64,000 nt of DNA from Octopus vulgaris (Eukaryota): the NCBI GenBank assembly GCA_951406725.2, contig OX597817.1, forward strand, positions 29,450,001 through 29,514,000, read 5' to 3'. How positions within the stretch are numbered: the first letter of the stretch is position 1; each line of letters begins with the position of its first letter. Both the position numbers and the translations under genes were made by a program. The notes beneath the pieces were generated by a model. That model saw only the letters and a program-made list of their open reading frames with translations, had not been told where the DNA came from and made no database searches. Shown here piece after piece: positions 1-12,488 of this stretch.

Positions 1-222
1 GGTGTCAGCCATCGTTAGATTCCTTGATTCACAGCCATACAACGCATTTGATGCATTTGCTCAGGGAGCAGTTTCTCCGTGTTGTATTGAGTGACCTCAG
101 AGCTAAATTCGCTACACCAAATTTTGCTACAGATTCTTGGTTGCCGTCTGCTGATTGGTCACCAGAAGTGCCTAAGTAACTGAACTTCTCAGTCCTTTCC
201 TATATATATATATATATATATA

Positions 223-525
223 TCTTTATATATAAAAGTGAAATTGTGTGAGTGTCTGTCTCCTACGATTTAGATTCCTAACTACTCCCACATTTTGCGG
301 TGCAGTTTAACCAAAAGCGGGTATCTTATAGTCGTGATTCATATCGAGCCCTTCTGGGTATTAGTGCGCGTCTACGATGAGTCTACGATTTAAAAAAACA
401 TTTACCATCATTTTTTCCCATTTTTAATGCATTTTTTTGCTATTATATAAGGGAAGTAACTCTCTAAAAATGCTTATATAGTTATTTCCCTTACAAAGCC
501 GAGCAACGCCGGGCGATACTGCTAG
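223..525 (+). mobile_element. Non-autonomous Helitron, copy 1 (short variant)
   Basis: Starts A|TC, ends with GC-rich hairpin (GCCGAGCAACGCCGGG) then CTAG|T; no TSD; two related copies at 11976 and about 29500. Confidence 0.8.
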
Positions 526-573
<48 letters not shown>

Positions 574-587
574 TGTATGTATATATG

Positions 588-618
<31 letters not shown>

Positions 619-622
619 CTTA

Positions 623-1157
623 CAGGGTGCGATGAATAAACTGTCGTCTAAATTACGCAAAAATGAAAATAACACTGACATCTCATTTTAAGAGATATAT
701 TTATCAAAATTACATAAAAATATCTTGAAATAATATCGCCATTGGCTTCAACCACGGCCTCCAGACGACCTCGAAACCTCCTGCAACTCTTCAGGGCGGT
801 CTCCTTGTTTAGGTTGGTGAATGCTGCCATAATCCTTGCCTTCAGTTCATCTTTAGTGTATGTTACAAGGAGTTTTGTTGGTCTCTCGCTCAACTGCACC
901 CCACATGTTAAAATAAAGGGAGTTGCAGTCTAGGGAGTTAGTTGGCCAGATGTTAGAGGTGAAGTGGTCGCAGAAATTCTCTGACAGTCATCATTGGATT
1001 CTCCTGCTTGTGTGGCATGGTGCAGAGTCATGTTGCCAGACATTGGGTCTTCTAGCAGCCATCTTCTTGACCCAGGGCAGCACGACCTCCTCCAGGCACT
1101 TGATGTAGGCCTCTGTTGAGTCTGAGACCGTGTATGAAAATGAATGGAAGCATAATG
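623..1157 (-). pseudogene. Tc1/mariner-superfamily transposase 3' fragment (DD37D/maT-like) with one terminus
   Basis: Minus strand reads WQHDSAPCH...IWPTNSLDCNSL then TKDELKARI...CRRFRGRLEAVVEANG; TA-CAGGGTG terminus at 621-629. Confidence 0.75.
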
Positions 1158-1448
1158 TCTTCAGTTATCGGGCCAAGCTACTGAATAATTGTAACATTAT
1201 ATTTACAGATAAATTACTCTATTTACATAATATCGAGGTCTCTTTCATTCTTTTGTTGTCTTACAATTTCTATCAATACTTACTTATACATACATACATA
1301 TATATATATTACGGAGATGTACTTGCAGAGCAAGTGACCTGATCTGAGATCGTGTGTTGGAACGAAAACAATTGCTGTGTGGAAGGTGTTTATAAGCCAT
1401 TTAAGAAACACACAAAACCGTTAGATTCACTTCAACATTTAAATTTAA

Positions 1449-1499
1449 TTTGCCAAAATATTTTCGTCGCTTTGAGACCTCGACCTGTTCACTGACAAA
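1449..1499 (-). ncRNA. Minimal type I hammerhead ribozyme motif, G3-C8 core variant, in a ~200-bp element (1310-1505) flanked by (TA)n
   Basis: Minus strand: TTTGTCA-GTGAACA-g-GTCG(loop)CGAC-GAA-AATATT-T-TGGCAAA; 7-bp stem I, 4-bp stem II, palindromic stem III. Confidence 0.6.
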
Positions 1500-1504
1500 A
1501 TGCC

Positions 1505-1555
<51 letters not shown>

Positions 1556-1558
<3 letters not shown>

Positions 1559-1830
1559 CATTCCGTTGGTTATGACGACGTGTGTTTCAGTTGATGCGAT
1601 CAACGGAATAATCCCCTGGTGAAATTAACGTGCAAGTAGCTGAGTACTCCACAGACACGTGTACGTAGTTCTCAGGGATATACAACGTGACACAGAATGG
1701 GACAAGGCTGGCCCTTTGAATTACAGGTACAATTCATTTTCACCAGCTGCGCGGACTGGAGCAACAGGAAATAAAGTGTCTTGTTCAAGGATACAACGTG
1801 CCGTCAGGAATCGAACTCACGATTATGTAA
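1556..1830 (-). mobile_element. tRNA-derived SINE, 5'-truncated (head type E, tail X)
   Basis: B-box-like GGAATCGAACTC on + strand; head matches 39612-39710, tail matches 32048-32228. Confidence 0.7.
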
Positions 1831-2274
1831 CCCTGCGCTCTTCAGAGATAGCTGTTATGGAATTAAGTATGGCGACTGATTTCTATTGTTGGTGGTGAAA
1901 GGACACATCTGGTTTGTGGATGCTGTGAAAAAGATGATGAAACGAATCTAGCTGGGGATTAAGTTAAAAGTTATGACCCCTGATACGAAAAGCATCAACT
2001 CAAGGGTTTTGTTGCAAGTCTGAGAGTTTTCTAGAAAAGAGTTTATGGCAAATGTATGTGTCTTTAACGTTAGCGTTCTTGTGGAAATAGAATGTGTGTA
2101 GTAGTACTATATGTATAGCCTTTTAGTCTGCTTTATTTCTTTTATGTTTTTTGGTTAAATTCAAGAATTTGTTTCATCGATTCGTTTCATCATCTTATTA
2201 TACAGCAATCACAAACCGTATTGTCTCTATATACTTTCAACAAAAGACAGCAGTCGTCATAATTAATTTCATAT

Positions 2275-2368
2275 CGGCTACCTCTGAAGAGCACAGGGTT
2301 ACATAATCGGACTGTTACCTAACACTCCGTTGAACCTCTGGCGCGAAACCAATTGGCAAGATCGGCCG
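2275..2368 (+). ncRNA. Hammerhead motif with long stem II (Penelope-like pLTR fragment), degenerate
   Basis: CTGAAGA (2284), stem II cagggtt/aacctctg, GAAA (2345), palindromic CCAATTGG; second copy at 8410. Confidence 0.55.
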
Positions 2369-3220
2369 TAATGGATATATAATACTGTACACTTCGAATA
2401 ATATATCCACTTTACGCACAAATATATATGAGTATATTTTTCCCAGACCTATGGACTCTTAGACTGCTTCCACACACACACACAGCATCTATGTATGTAT
2501 GTATGTATGTATGTATGTATGTATGTATGTATGTATGTATGTATGTATGCATGTATGTATGTATGTATGTATGTATCTGTATGAGTATGAATATATGTAT
2601 CCTCTCAGTAAATAAATATTAATCCAAAAGAGCAATATACATTTAATCATCTATATCTGCAGACAACTGTTTCAGAATGTCGTCGTGCATCACTGCCAAT
2701 TACTAAATAATCAATTACATTATATTCAAATAGTTCAAGACGGAAGAAGGTTAGATGATGATTGATAATTATTTTCAATTATTTTCAGACAGCGGGAGAG
2801 TAAAACGATAAAGCTGAAACACTTAGTTTTTAATGAGTATAAGAATGAAGAAAGAATGATACTTAATATTCCCAGCTATTGGCATAAAGAAGTTAGTCAG
2901 ACGTCCAAATATTAGTGAAACTTTTAAAAACATTTTCCATTTCAGACAAATTTTTCTTTGGTTCCAACCAATTTAAATATTCTGCATCTTATATATTGTG
3001 CACGATTAAAATGCAAGATGAATAAGAGCGACTTGATATTTTTCGTGATGTGATATTTCTTTTATTTTCAATAAAGGCATAGTTCATTCATCTTGTGCCG
3101 CCGCAGTAGAGAAAAGCTAAGAACGCACGCACACACACGAAAATTCTACAAGTAAACAATAACCCAAGGCAGTATATTTTTCAAATATCTGCAGACCTCT
3201 AAATGCAGACAGCTGTTTCA

Positions 3221-3625
3221 GGCGGTGAGCTGGCAGAAACGTTAGCGCGCCGGGCGAAATGCTTAGCGGTATTAAGTCTGCCGTTACGTTCTGAGATCAA
3301 ATTCTGCCACGGTCGACTTTGCCCTTAATCCTTTCGGGGTCGATAAATAAAGTACCAGTTACGCACTGGGGTCAATGTAATCAACTTAATCCGTTTGTCT
3401 GTCCTTGTTTGTCCTCTCTGTGTTTAGCTCCTTGTGGGTAGTAAAGAAATAGGTATTTTGTCTGCCGTTACGTTCTGAGTTCAAATTCCGCCGAGGTCGA
3501 CTTTGCTTTTCATTCTTTCGGGGTCGATTAAATAATTACCAGTTACGCACTGCGGTCGATTTAATCGACTTAATCTCTTTGTTTGTCCCCTCTATGTTTA
3601 GCCCCTTGTTGGCAGTAAAGAAACA
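3221..3625 (+). mobile_element. tRNA-derived SINE family B (Meta-like central domain) with internal duplication
   Basis: GGCGGTGAGCTGGCAGAA head, GAGTTCAAATTCC B-box, GACTTTGC..TTTCGGGGTCGAT..AAATAA domain; flanked by ~47-bp direct repeat. Confidence 0.8.
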
Positions 3626-4750
3626 AATATGTTTTTCAAATATTTACAGACCTCTATATGCAGACAGCTGTTTCAGATGCGTCCAAACATTTGTGGAAAG
3701 TATTACATATTCAATGAATTGCACTATAAATTACATTATATTTTAAAAGTACTCAAAACAGATAGCGGTTAGATGATAATTAATAAATATAAATTGTGAG
3801 GTAAATATACGGAGCAGGTGTTGTTGCCTACCTTACATTTCGAGTAGATATGCATAAATTAGTTAATGTGGCTAGAACTAAATAAATAAATATATACATA
3901 ATTTACAAGATAAGGGCAGAAGAAAAATTCTAATGCCAAATATGCCGAAAAAAAAATTGTCGATAACCATTATAATTTATAAATAAATATATAAATATAT
4001 ATCGGACTAAAGCGGAAGTATTTTTCAATTTTCTGAGATTTGAACGTCAGATGTGAAAAATTACTCTGCTGCAAAAAATTTTGTATTGTTCATTTGACAT
4101 TCACCATTCTTATAGTTTGTTTTAAGTTTTATCATTTTCCTCTAGTCTCCATCTTTCTAAGAACGACACAACACAGTTTTAATGAAAACAATTATCAATT
4201 TTCATTTAACCTTGTTCCGTCTCAAAGTGTTTGAAAATAATATGATCAATTATTCAGCAATTTGCACTGATGTGGGGAAATATACTGTAACAGTTGTCTA
4301 CAGATATAGGTAATTAAATATGAATGAAAAAGTATACTACCTTGGTTTGGTATTTATTTATGGAAACAAACCAATATGTATGTGTGTATCTGTAAATGTT
4401 TATTTCTATATATAAATTGCATGCATATGCACATATACATAAGCATATATGCATTCACATATCTCCCGACTTGTATGGAATATTTTTAACAATGTATGTA
4501 TATATATATATATATATACATGCATATATATGTATGCATATTATACATACATACATATGCATGAAAAAGTGCACACAAATACATATATATGCATCTAGGC
4601 TGCAGTATATGGTACACATGTTTAAAAAACAGTGGAAGTTAGCTGAAATGAATCAAGATAAAATGTTGTATGTACTATTAAACTTAAGTCATTTTCGTTA
4701 TTTACATTATTTACATTTGACGGATATTAGTCCTCATCTTTTTTGTTGTT

Positions 4751-4795
4751 AACACAACGTTTCGGCTGATATACCTCCAGCCTTCATCAGGTGTC
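4751..4795 (-). ncRNA. Minimal type I hammerhead ribozyme motif
   Basis: GACAC-CTGATGA-a-GGCTG(loop)CAGCC-GAAACGTT-GTGTT; stem III reduced to palindromic ACGT. Confidence 0.75.
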
Positions 4796-4844
4796 TTGAG
4801 GAAATTTCGAACCTGGGCTCTCATTCCTAAGGTATTTTTCAATG

Positions 4845-4903
<59 letters not shown>

Positions 4904-5001
4904 TAGGTCATTGCCAGTGACCTAAATAATAATAAAATAATAATAATAATAACATCGAAAAATACTTAAGGAATGAGAACCCAGGTTTGAAATTTCCCCA
5001 A

Positions 5002-5047
5002 GACACCTGATGAAGGCTGGAGAGTATATCAGCCGAAACATTGTGTT
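5002..5047 (+). ncRNA. Minimal type I hammerhead motif (mirror copy, G>A change in stem III)
   Basis: GACAC-CTGATGA-a-GGCTG..CAGCC-GAAACATT-GTGTT. Confidence 0.65.
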
Positions 5048-5321
5048 AACAACAATTAAGATGAGGACAAATATCTGTCAAATGTAAATAATGTACATAA
5101 TTCCTCGTCTCTTAAATATAGCACTAAGCAAAATTACGTAATATGGTAATAGTGAAACATGTATGTGAATAATCCATATTTTTATTGCTTTTCTTTTGTC
5201 TTCCTCGATAACGTTTTGGTTGCTTGCTGAATTTTTCTTGAGAATATTTGTTAGTGGTAAGACCATAGCGGATCTACTTCTAGCACAAGGGTGTCCACAT
5301 AGTGATTATCCCTCTCATATG

Positions 5322-5362
<41 letters not shown>

Positions 5363-5421
5363 CTATTCTTCGTATGAAACAATTGTACTGAACAACTAAT
5401 CCATTCTTGCTGCTTTTTTCT

Positions 5422-5470
<49 letters not shown>

Positions 5471-5917
5471 AAATATATATAATCACTATTTAGGTTAGTT
5501 GAGATGTGTTTGTCACATATTTCAAATTCTGAAGACAAATACACTGCAGTTATCATGGAGAAAAATCTCTCTTATGGTAAAAAGGAGTGAAAACACCCTG
5601 TTCGTTCAGGGTCGCCATCTCTCGGGAATATCTGACATCGATGTTTCGAGTTTATGGACTCTTGTCAATGAGATGTACCTAAAAGAGGCAACTCTGAACG
5701 ATCTAAATAAAGCTTGTAGCTTTATATATAATTCAGTCAACACGTTGACTGATTTGTGCTAGTAGATCGCTAGTAGTTGACAGACCGCTGGTGTTTATAG
5801 AGTGTTAAACTCTATCGGTATGCAAAGTAGGGTCTCTTTCATAGAGTAACTGCTGCATTTGTTGAGTATATAAACAGTTTGGCTGCTTGTTTCTCTGGAG
5901 ACTGCTAGAATAAGGTA

Positions 5918-5968
5918 GATGCCTCTGATGAGAACCCAATAAGGTTCGAAAATCGATTAAAGTCGTTC
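5918..5968 (+). ncRNA. Minimal hammerhead motif at the 3' end of a Penelope-like fragment (~5480-6020)
   Basis: CTGATGA-GAACC(caataa)GGTTC-GAA-AATCGATT-A; stem I is imperfect. Confidence 0.65.
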
Positions 5969-6035
5969 ATAACTTTTTCAGCCTGCAGAGAAATTGCTAA
6001 AATTTGCCCTGTTTATAATTATATCATATGTTACA

Positions 6036-6081
<46 letters not shown>

Positions 6082-6090
6082 ACATATATA

Positions 6091-6686
6091 TATTTATATT
6101 ATATTGAGGGTACTACTATTCGTAGATACCACACACTAAAGAGGGACCAATGCGGTCAAAACTACTAAAATAAACAAAATTTTACCGAATGCAAAACTTC
6201 AAAGCAAATCATTTAAAAAAAGAATTTAGTTACATATCACTTGTGATTTCGCAATTAATGCAGAATATGCATTCTATGTTCATCAGTGCAACAAACTCAA
6301 GATATATAAGAAAAAACATAGCGTTACAAGCTCGATAGCCAACCGTAGAATTCGTCGTATCAAGTACGAATGTTTATCTTTACATATCTATGAAAATGGC
6401 GGGCTTATTCGCAATGCAATTCGGTAACAAATTGCTTACTCGGAATAAAAATTCAGTATTGAACTATTCCGGTGAAAAATATAAATTAATAATTGAGGAT
6501 AAAATCTTTAAAAGAAATTATCAGTAGTTAGCGTGAAAAACCTCGTAAGAGAAAAAATCCGTAAATTTTTCCACTTTGAAAATATTTATTTATATTATAT
6601 TGAGGGTACTACTATTCGTAGATACCACACACTAAAGAGGGACCAATGCGGTCAAAACAACTGAAATAAACAAAATTTTACCGAAT
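6091..6686 (-). mobile_element. Non-coding partial-tandem element (496-bp unit plus 100-bp repeat) with hammerhead; retrozyme-like or Penelope pLTR
   Basis: 6091-6190 is repeated at 6587-6686; (TA)n on both sides; no long ORF; hammerhead at 6229-6292. Confidence 0.7.
6229..6292 (-). ncRNA. Type I hammerhead ribozyme motif
   Basis: GTTGCA-CTGATGA-stem II-GAA-ATCAC(AA)GTGAT-A-TGTAAC; 6-bp stem I, 5-bp stem III; first stem II pair is A-C. Confidence 0.7.
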
Positions 6687-7165
6687 ATATATATATATAT
6701 ATATATGTGTGCGTGTGTGTGTGTGTACACACATGCACATCACATTTTGCAACCATGTGTATTCAGGATTGATTTCACTGCATGACCTCTTAAGCAAGTG
6801 TATTGTACAGTTCTTCTTGGTGAAATTTGTTGAGAGATACAGTAAAATGTCTCATGTATATACAAATGGACGTAGGTGTACGTATGCACATTTATGTACA
6901 TGTGCATATATGTGTGTGTGTGTGTGCATGTTTGTCTCTCCTTGTCTTCATATTGGCTCTGTTTGATCAGTGGTAATGTTCCTTTATGTTCAGTATAAAC
7001 AATCCATACCCGCATAGTGGTGATTCAATGTGCAAAGACAAGGAATAAAGCACCTTACTTGAAAAACAAGGTTTCAGGTCAGAACAAACATTCACCCACT
7101 GAATACTGCCTCAAGAGGTCTTGCCTTTATCCATGCTAGCATGGATAAAGCCAATACAAAAACAA

Positions 7166-7488
7166 TGATGATGATGATGATGTATATATATGTATATAAA
7201 TATATATATATACATATACACACATATATATACATACATACATATATATACATATATATATACACATATATATATATATATGTATATATACACACAGACA
7301 CATATATATATACATACATATATCTATATATATACATACATACACATATATATATATACATACATACACATATATATATATATACACATACATATATATA
7401 CATATATATATACACATACATATATATATATACATATATATATATATAAATCTATACACACATATGTATATACATACTACACACACAT

Positions 7489-7524
<36 letters not shown>

Positions 7525-7560
7525 TTGTGTGTATGTATGTGTGTGTAGAGAGAGAGAGAG
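7166..7560. repeat. Compound (ATG)n/(TA)n/(CA)n/(GA)n microsatellite
   Basis: Directly visible; source of the YIYI ORFs. Confidence 0.95.
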
Positions 7561-7995
7561 GGCAAAGAGAAGAAAGCTGGAGTGAGAGAGAAAGAAAGAA
7601 AGAAAGCAATGTGTATGTATGTGAGTATGTCTGTGGATGAGCATTTAGATATGTGTGTAAACTGTGGAAGGCATTAACCACTTAGAATACAAGTTGCATA
7701 ACTGATACTATGTCAAACTGTCAGGAATTAATGTCTATCAAACAGCAAAAGTGTGTGCATATGCATGTATATGAATACATGTGTCTTTGTATGTAAGAGA
7801 ATGTATGTGCATGTGTGTGAAGAGGTATGTGTGTGTTTGTGAGTGTACGTGTGTGTAATATATTGTTGTGAATGCATGTGTGTGTATTTGTGTGTATGGG
7901 TGTATTACGGTTGGAATTATTGAGGAATTTGAAAAAAAAAAGTTCTTTTTCTGAATCTTCTGAAATACAAACGAAGTTATAAATAGCGGCTCATA

Positions 7996-8200
7996 ATATA
8001 TCGGGTAAAATATTCCTTAGATAGAAAAGTGGACAGAATTACCTAAGGGAAACGAACAATGTGTCTATAGATTACTAAATGGATTCTGCTTGGTGTAATG
8101 CATCACAGCCAGCAGTAATCTGCAGACTTGTGGTTCAATTCCCGTGGTGATTCTGTCCACTTTGTTCTGGCTAAGGGAGATTTCTACTTAATATGTTATA
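7996..8200 (+). repeat. Imperfect inverted repeat enclosing a tRNA-like A/B-box segment
   Basis: AAAGTGGACAGAATTACC (to 8043) pairs with GGTGATTCTGTCCACTTT (from 8146); TGGTGTAATG and GGTTCAATTCCC lie inside. Confidence 0.55.
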
Positions 8201-8409
8201 TAATATTATTTATATAACCATTAACATTTAGCAGCTTCTTACAAAAAGATATTTTATGCACACATGTGAGTGTGGGGTGCAAGTGTATATATATCTACTT
8301 CATTTACAATCTACTTTCCATGCTTGCATGGGTCAGACAACTACCACAAACCAAATGGGTCTATAAATCGCCAACAATAAAGAGCAGTCATCATATTTCA
8401 TTCCATAAC

Positions 8410-8501
8410 AGCTACATCTGATGAGTACAGGGTTACATATTTGGACTGTTACCTAACACTCTGTTGAGCCTCTAGTGTGAAACTGATCTGTAAGATCGGC
8501 C
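8410..8501 (+). ncRNA. Hammerhead motif, second copy of the 2275 family, degenerate
   Basis: CTGATGA at 8418, GAAA at 8479; flanks align with 2245-2400. Confidence 0.5.
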
Positions 8502-8557
8502 ATAATGGATATATAATACTGTACATTTAAATTAATATATATACATATGTATATATA

Positions 8558-9160
8558 GGAATAGGAGTGGCTGTGTGGTAAGTAGCTTGCTTATGAACCA
8601 CATAGTTCTGGATTCAGTCCCACTGCATGGCACCTTGGGCAAGTGTCTTCTACTATAGCCTCAGGCTGACCAAAGCCTTGTGAAAGGATTTCGTAGACGG
8701 AAACTGAAAAGAAGCACGTCATATATATGTATATATATATATTTCTTTACTACCCACAAGGGGGTAAACACAGAGGGGACAAACAAGGACAGACAAAGGG
8801 ATTTAGTCGATTACATCAACCCCAGTGCGTAAATGGTACTTAATTTATCGACCCCAAAAGGATGAAAGGCAAAGTTGACCTCGGCGGAATTTGAACTCAG
8901 AACGTTTCTGCCAGCTCGCCGATGTATATATATGTATGTGTGTGTATATGTTTGTGTGTCTGTGTTTGTCCACCCAACATCGCTTGACAACCGATGCTGG
9001 TGTGTTTACGTCCCTGTAACTTAACAGTTCAGCCAAAGAGACCAATAGAATAAGTACTAGGCTTACAAAGAATAAGTCCTGGGGGTCGATTTGCTTGACT
9101 AAAGGTGGTGCTCCAGCATGGCCGCAGTCACATGACTGAAACAAGTAAATGAGTAAAGAG
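8558..9160 (+). mobile_element. tRNA-derived SINE family A with a family B SINE (8741-8920, minus strand) nested in its internal microsatellite
   Basis: GGAGTGGCTGTGTGGTAAG head and GCTCCAGCATGGCCGCAGTC..ACTGAAACAAGT tail separated by the reverse-oriented B element. Confidence 0.8.
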
Positions 9161-9773
9161 TATATATACATGTGTGTGTCCTTGTCTTAGATGTCACAAG
9201 ATTGCTGTGAATGAGAATAACTATCATAAAAGTGATGTCGTTCATTTCCAATGTTCTGTGCAAAGCATATCTGGCCATGGGAAAATATTACTTTGCTTGT
9301 AAACTGGTGATGTTTGGCAACGGAAATGACATCTGGCCATAGAAAAATCCGCCACAACAAATTCCCTCAGACTGATGCGACTATGGAAAAGTGGATGTGA
9401 TATATATTTATACATATAATACTTATATATGTATATGAATATGTATATATATGTGTGTGTGTGTGTGTATACATATATATATACACACACATATACATAT
9501 TTACATACATATATATTTATGTATACTTACATAAAATTGTGAAGCATGACTGTCACCACTACTTCATGAACCTGAAGATTGCAGAATTTAATGCATGAAA
9601 GTACTAGTTCAATCAGAATGAACATTTAACATTCTATTATTTTATTTTATTTTATTTTATATTATATTATCTTACATCATTATAAGATTGTAAATAAAAC
9701 GTAAAAATCAGACAAGGTTGGAATTCCTTTTATTATTATATTTTTCTATACACAATCACACACACACCTGTAT

Positions 9774-9828
<55 letters not shown>

Positions 9829-9829
9829 C

Positions 9830-9869
<40 letters not shown>

Positions 9870-9929
9870 TTTGTGTACTATATTGACAACCTTTTACTGT
9901 TTGTTCTGAAGTATAACATATATATATAT

Positions 9930-9980
<51 letters not shown>

Positions 9981-10224
9981 TATAGATATATATATATCGT
10001 AGGGAAACAAAGAATTATATGAAGCTATACAGAATAATAAGGATTCTTGATAAAATACAAAGAATGAGACTATCTCCGAACTAAACAAAGCTAGAATACT
10101 TAATAAATAATCCAGTGGAATAAGTGTTATTTGTGTAATTTGAATACATTGAAATTTAATATAATTGTATTAACTGTATAAACAGCATTACTGTAGAATT
10201 CTGCAAAGTTGTACTAATATTACT

Positions 10225-10452
10225 GACTCTCTTTACTCTCTTTTACTCTTCTACTTGTTTCAGTCATTTGACTGCGGCCATGCTGGAGCACCGCCTTTAG
10301 TCGAGCATATCGACCCTGGGACTTATTCTTTGTAAGCCCAGTACTTATTCTATCGGCCTCTTTTGCCAAACCGCTAAGTGACGGGGACGTAAACACACCA
10401 GCATCGGTTGTCAAGCAATGCTAGGGGGACAAACACAGACACACAAACACAT

Positions 10453-10503
<51 letters not shown>

Positions 10504-10668
10504 TACGACAGGCTTCTTTCAGTTTCCGTCTACCAAATCCACTCACAAGGCATTGGTCGGCCCGAGGCTATAGCAGAAGACACTTGCCCAAGATGCCACG
10601 CAGTGGGACTGAACCCGGAAACATGTGGCTGGTTAGCAAGCTACTTACCACACAGCCACTCCTGCGCC
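10225..10668 (-). mobile_element. tRNA-derived SINE family A, full length
   Basis: Complete head (GGCGCAGGAGTGGCTGTGTGG), GGTTCAGTCCC B-box, internal TA/TG tract and tail; near-identical to 47760-48138. Confidence 0.85.
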
Positions 10669-11016
10669 TGACTGTTTATGTCTGATTATTTTCCCATCTG
10701 TATCTCAAGTCTATAGTTTTATTTATAGCCTGTTTAACTTTGAGTAACTTCATATATTTTCTCAGTCTTTTAGTAATCATAGTGAAATCTCCCACAAATC
10801 TCACCTTGCAGTCTTTAATGTGACACATTGTAATGCAGTTCAAGGTGGAAGATGGCTGAAAAATCGATGGGACAGTCATGACTAGAATGCCCTTGATCAT
10901 AGGTCTGACAAAACTAAGTGCTTTAGTTATTTTATATACTATAAATCAATTAGCCCATTGGAGAATTAGTAAATTAGTCAGAATTAGAAAATGTAATTTG
11001 TAAATCAAATGAAGAT

Positions 11017-11445
<429 letters not shown>

Positions 11446-11673
11446 AAGGAGTAATTGTCATCAGCAATATTTTTATGCTACCTAAATTTCCTGTAAGTCA
11501 GCCTGCAGGTTAGCCTTGATTAAGCTGACCTAGGATCAAGGCTAACCTGAGGACTAACCTACAGGGAATTTGGGTAGCATAAAAATATTGCTGATAACAA
11601 TGTTCATTTGATTTACAAATTACATTTACTAATTCTGACTAATTTCCTATTTCTCCAATGGGCTAATTGATTT

Positions 11674-11935
11674 CATCATCATCATCATCATCATCGTTTA
11701 ACGTCCGTTTTCCATGCTAGCATGGGTTGGATGGTTCGACCGGAGTCTGCGAAGCCAGGAGGCTGCACCAGACTCCAGTCTGATCTGGCAGTGTTTCTAC
11801 AGCTGGATGCCCTTCCTAACACCAACCACTCTGTGAGTGTAGTGGGTGCTTTTTACGTGCCACCAGCACAGGGGCCAGAGGAGGTTGGCAAATGGCCATG
11901 ATCAGTTGGTGCTTTTTAAATGTCATCAATGCGGA
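11674..11935 (-). mobile_element. Retroposon family D 3' part with (ATG)n tail
   Basis: GGAAGGGCATCCAGCTGTAGAAAC...AACGGACGTTAAACGATGATG on minus strand; other copies at 22180, 28445, 28729, 58736, 60150. Confidence 0.75.
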
Positions 11936-11975
11936 GGATTTATAGTATATAAAATTTATAGTATACTATAATTTA

Positions 11976-12488
11976 TCTATATATATAAAACTGTAGTTGT
12001 GTGAGTGTCTGTCCCCTTCGATTTAGATTCCTAACTACTCCCACATTTTGCGGTGCAGTTTAACCAAATTCGGGTATCTTATAGTCGTGATTCATATCGA
12101 GCCCGTCTGAGTATTAGCGCGCGTCTACGATGAGTCTACGATTTTAAAAATAATTTAACATCATTTTTTATTCCATTTTAATGCATAATTTTTCGTGTGT
12201 CGATGGCGGCGGAGTTGGCGTCCATGGTCACACCTGCACCTGTTTGCTTCTCCCCCTTCTTCCCTCCCTCCTGAAGCTGTGGGGAAGGGAGTGTAAGGAA
12301 ATCAACGTCGTAAAGCGTTGTCAAGGAGACCAGCGTTCTTTTAGAACAATGACTTCATGGCTTGAAGACACCAAAACAGAAATGGCTAAGAAAGCCCGAA
12401 TTGGCATCTATAAGGGAAGTAACTCTCTAAAAATGCTTATATAGTTATTTCCCTTACAAACCCGAGCAACGCCGGGCGATACTGCTAG
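11976..12488 (+). mobile_element. Non-autonomous Helitron, copy 2 (long variant)
   Basis: A|TC start, CCCGAGCAACGCCGGG hairpin, CTAG|T end; ~210-bp extra internal segment relative to copy 1. Confidence 0.8.

Larger units (their letters stand above)
4698..5121. mobile_element. Penelope-like pLTR fragment as inverted duplication with two mirrored hammerheads
   Basis: Arms ~4698-4910 and ~4918-5100 are reverse complements around a 7-nt loop; right arm continues a further ~20 bp. Confidence 0.75.

Noticed and set aside
2655-2700. Minus-strand GTGATGC...GAAACAGTTGTC hammerhead-like motif (related halves at 3205 and 3660; weak ones at 20944, 31548, 38087)
   Set aside because: Core or stem II too degraded to support a call.
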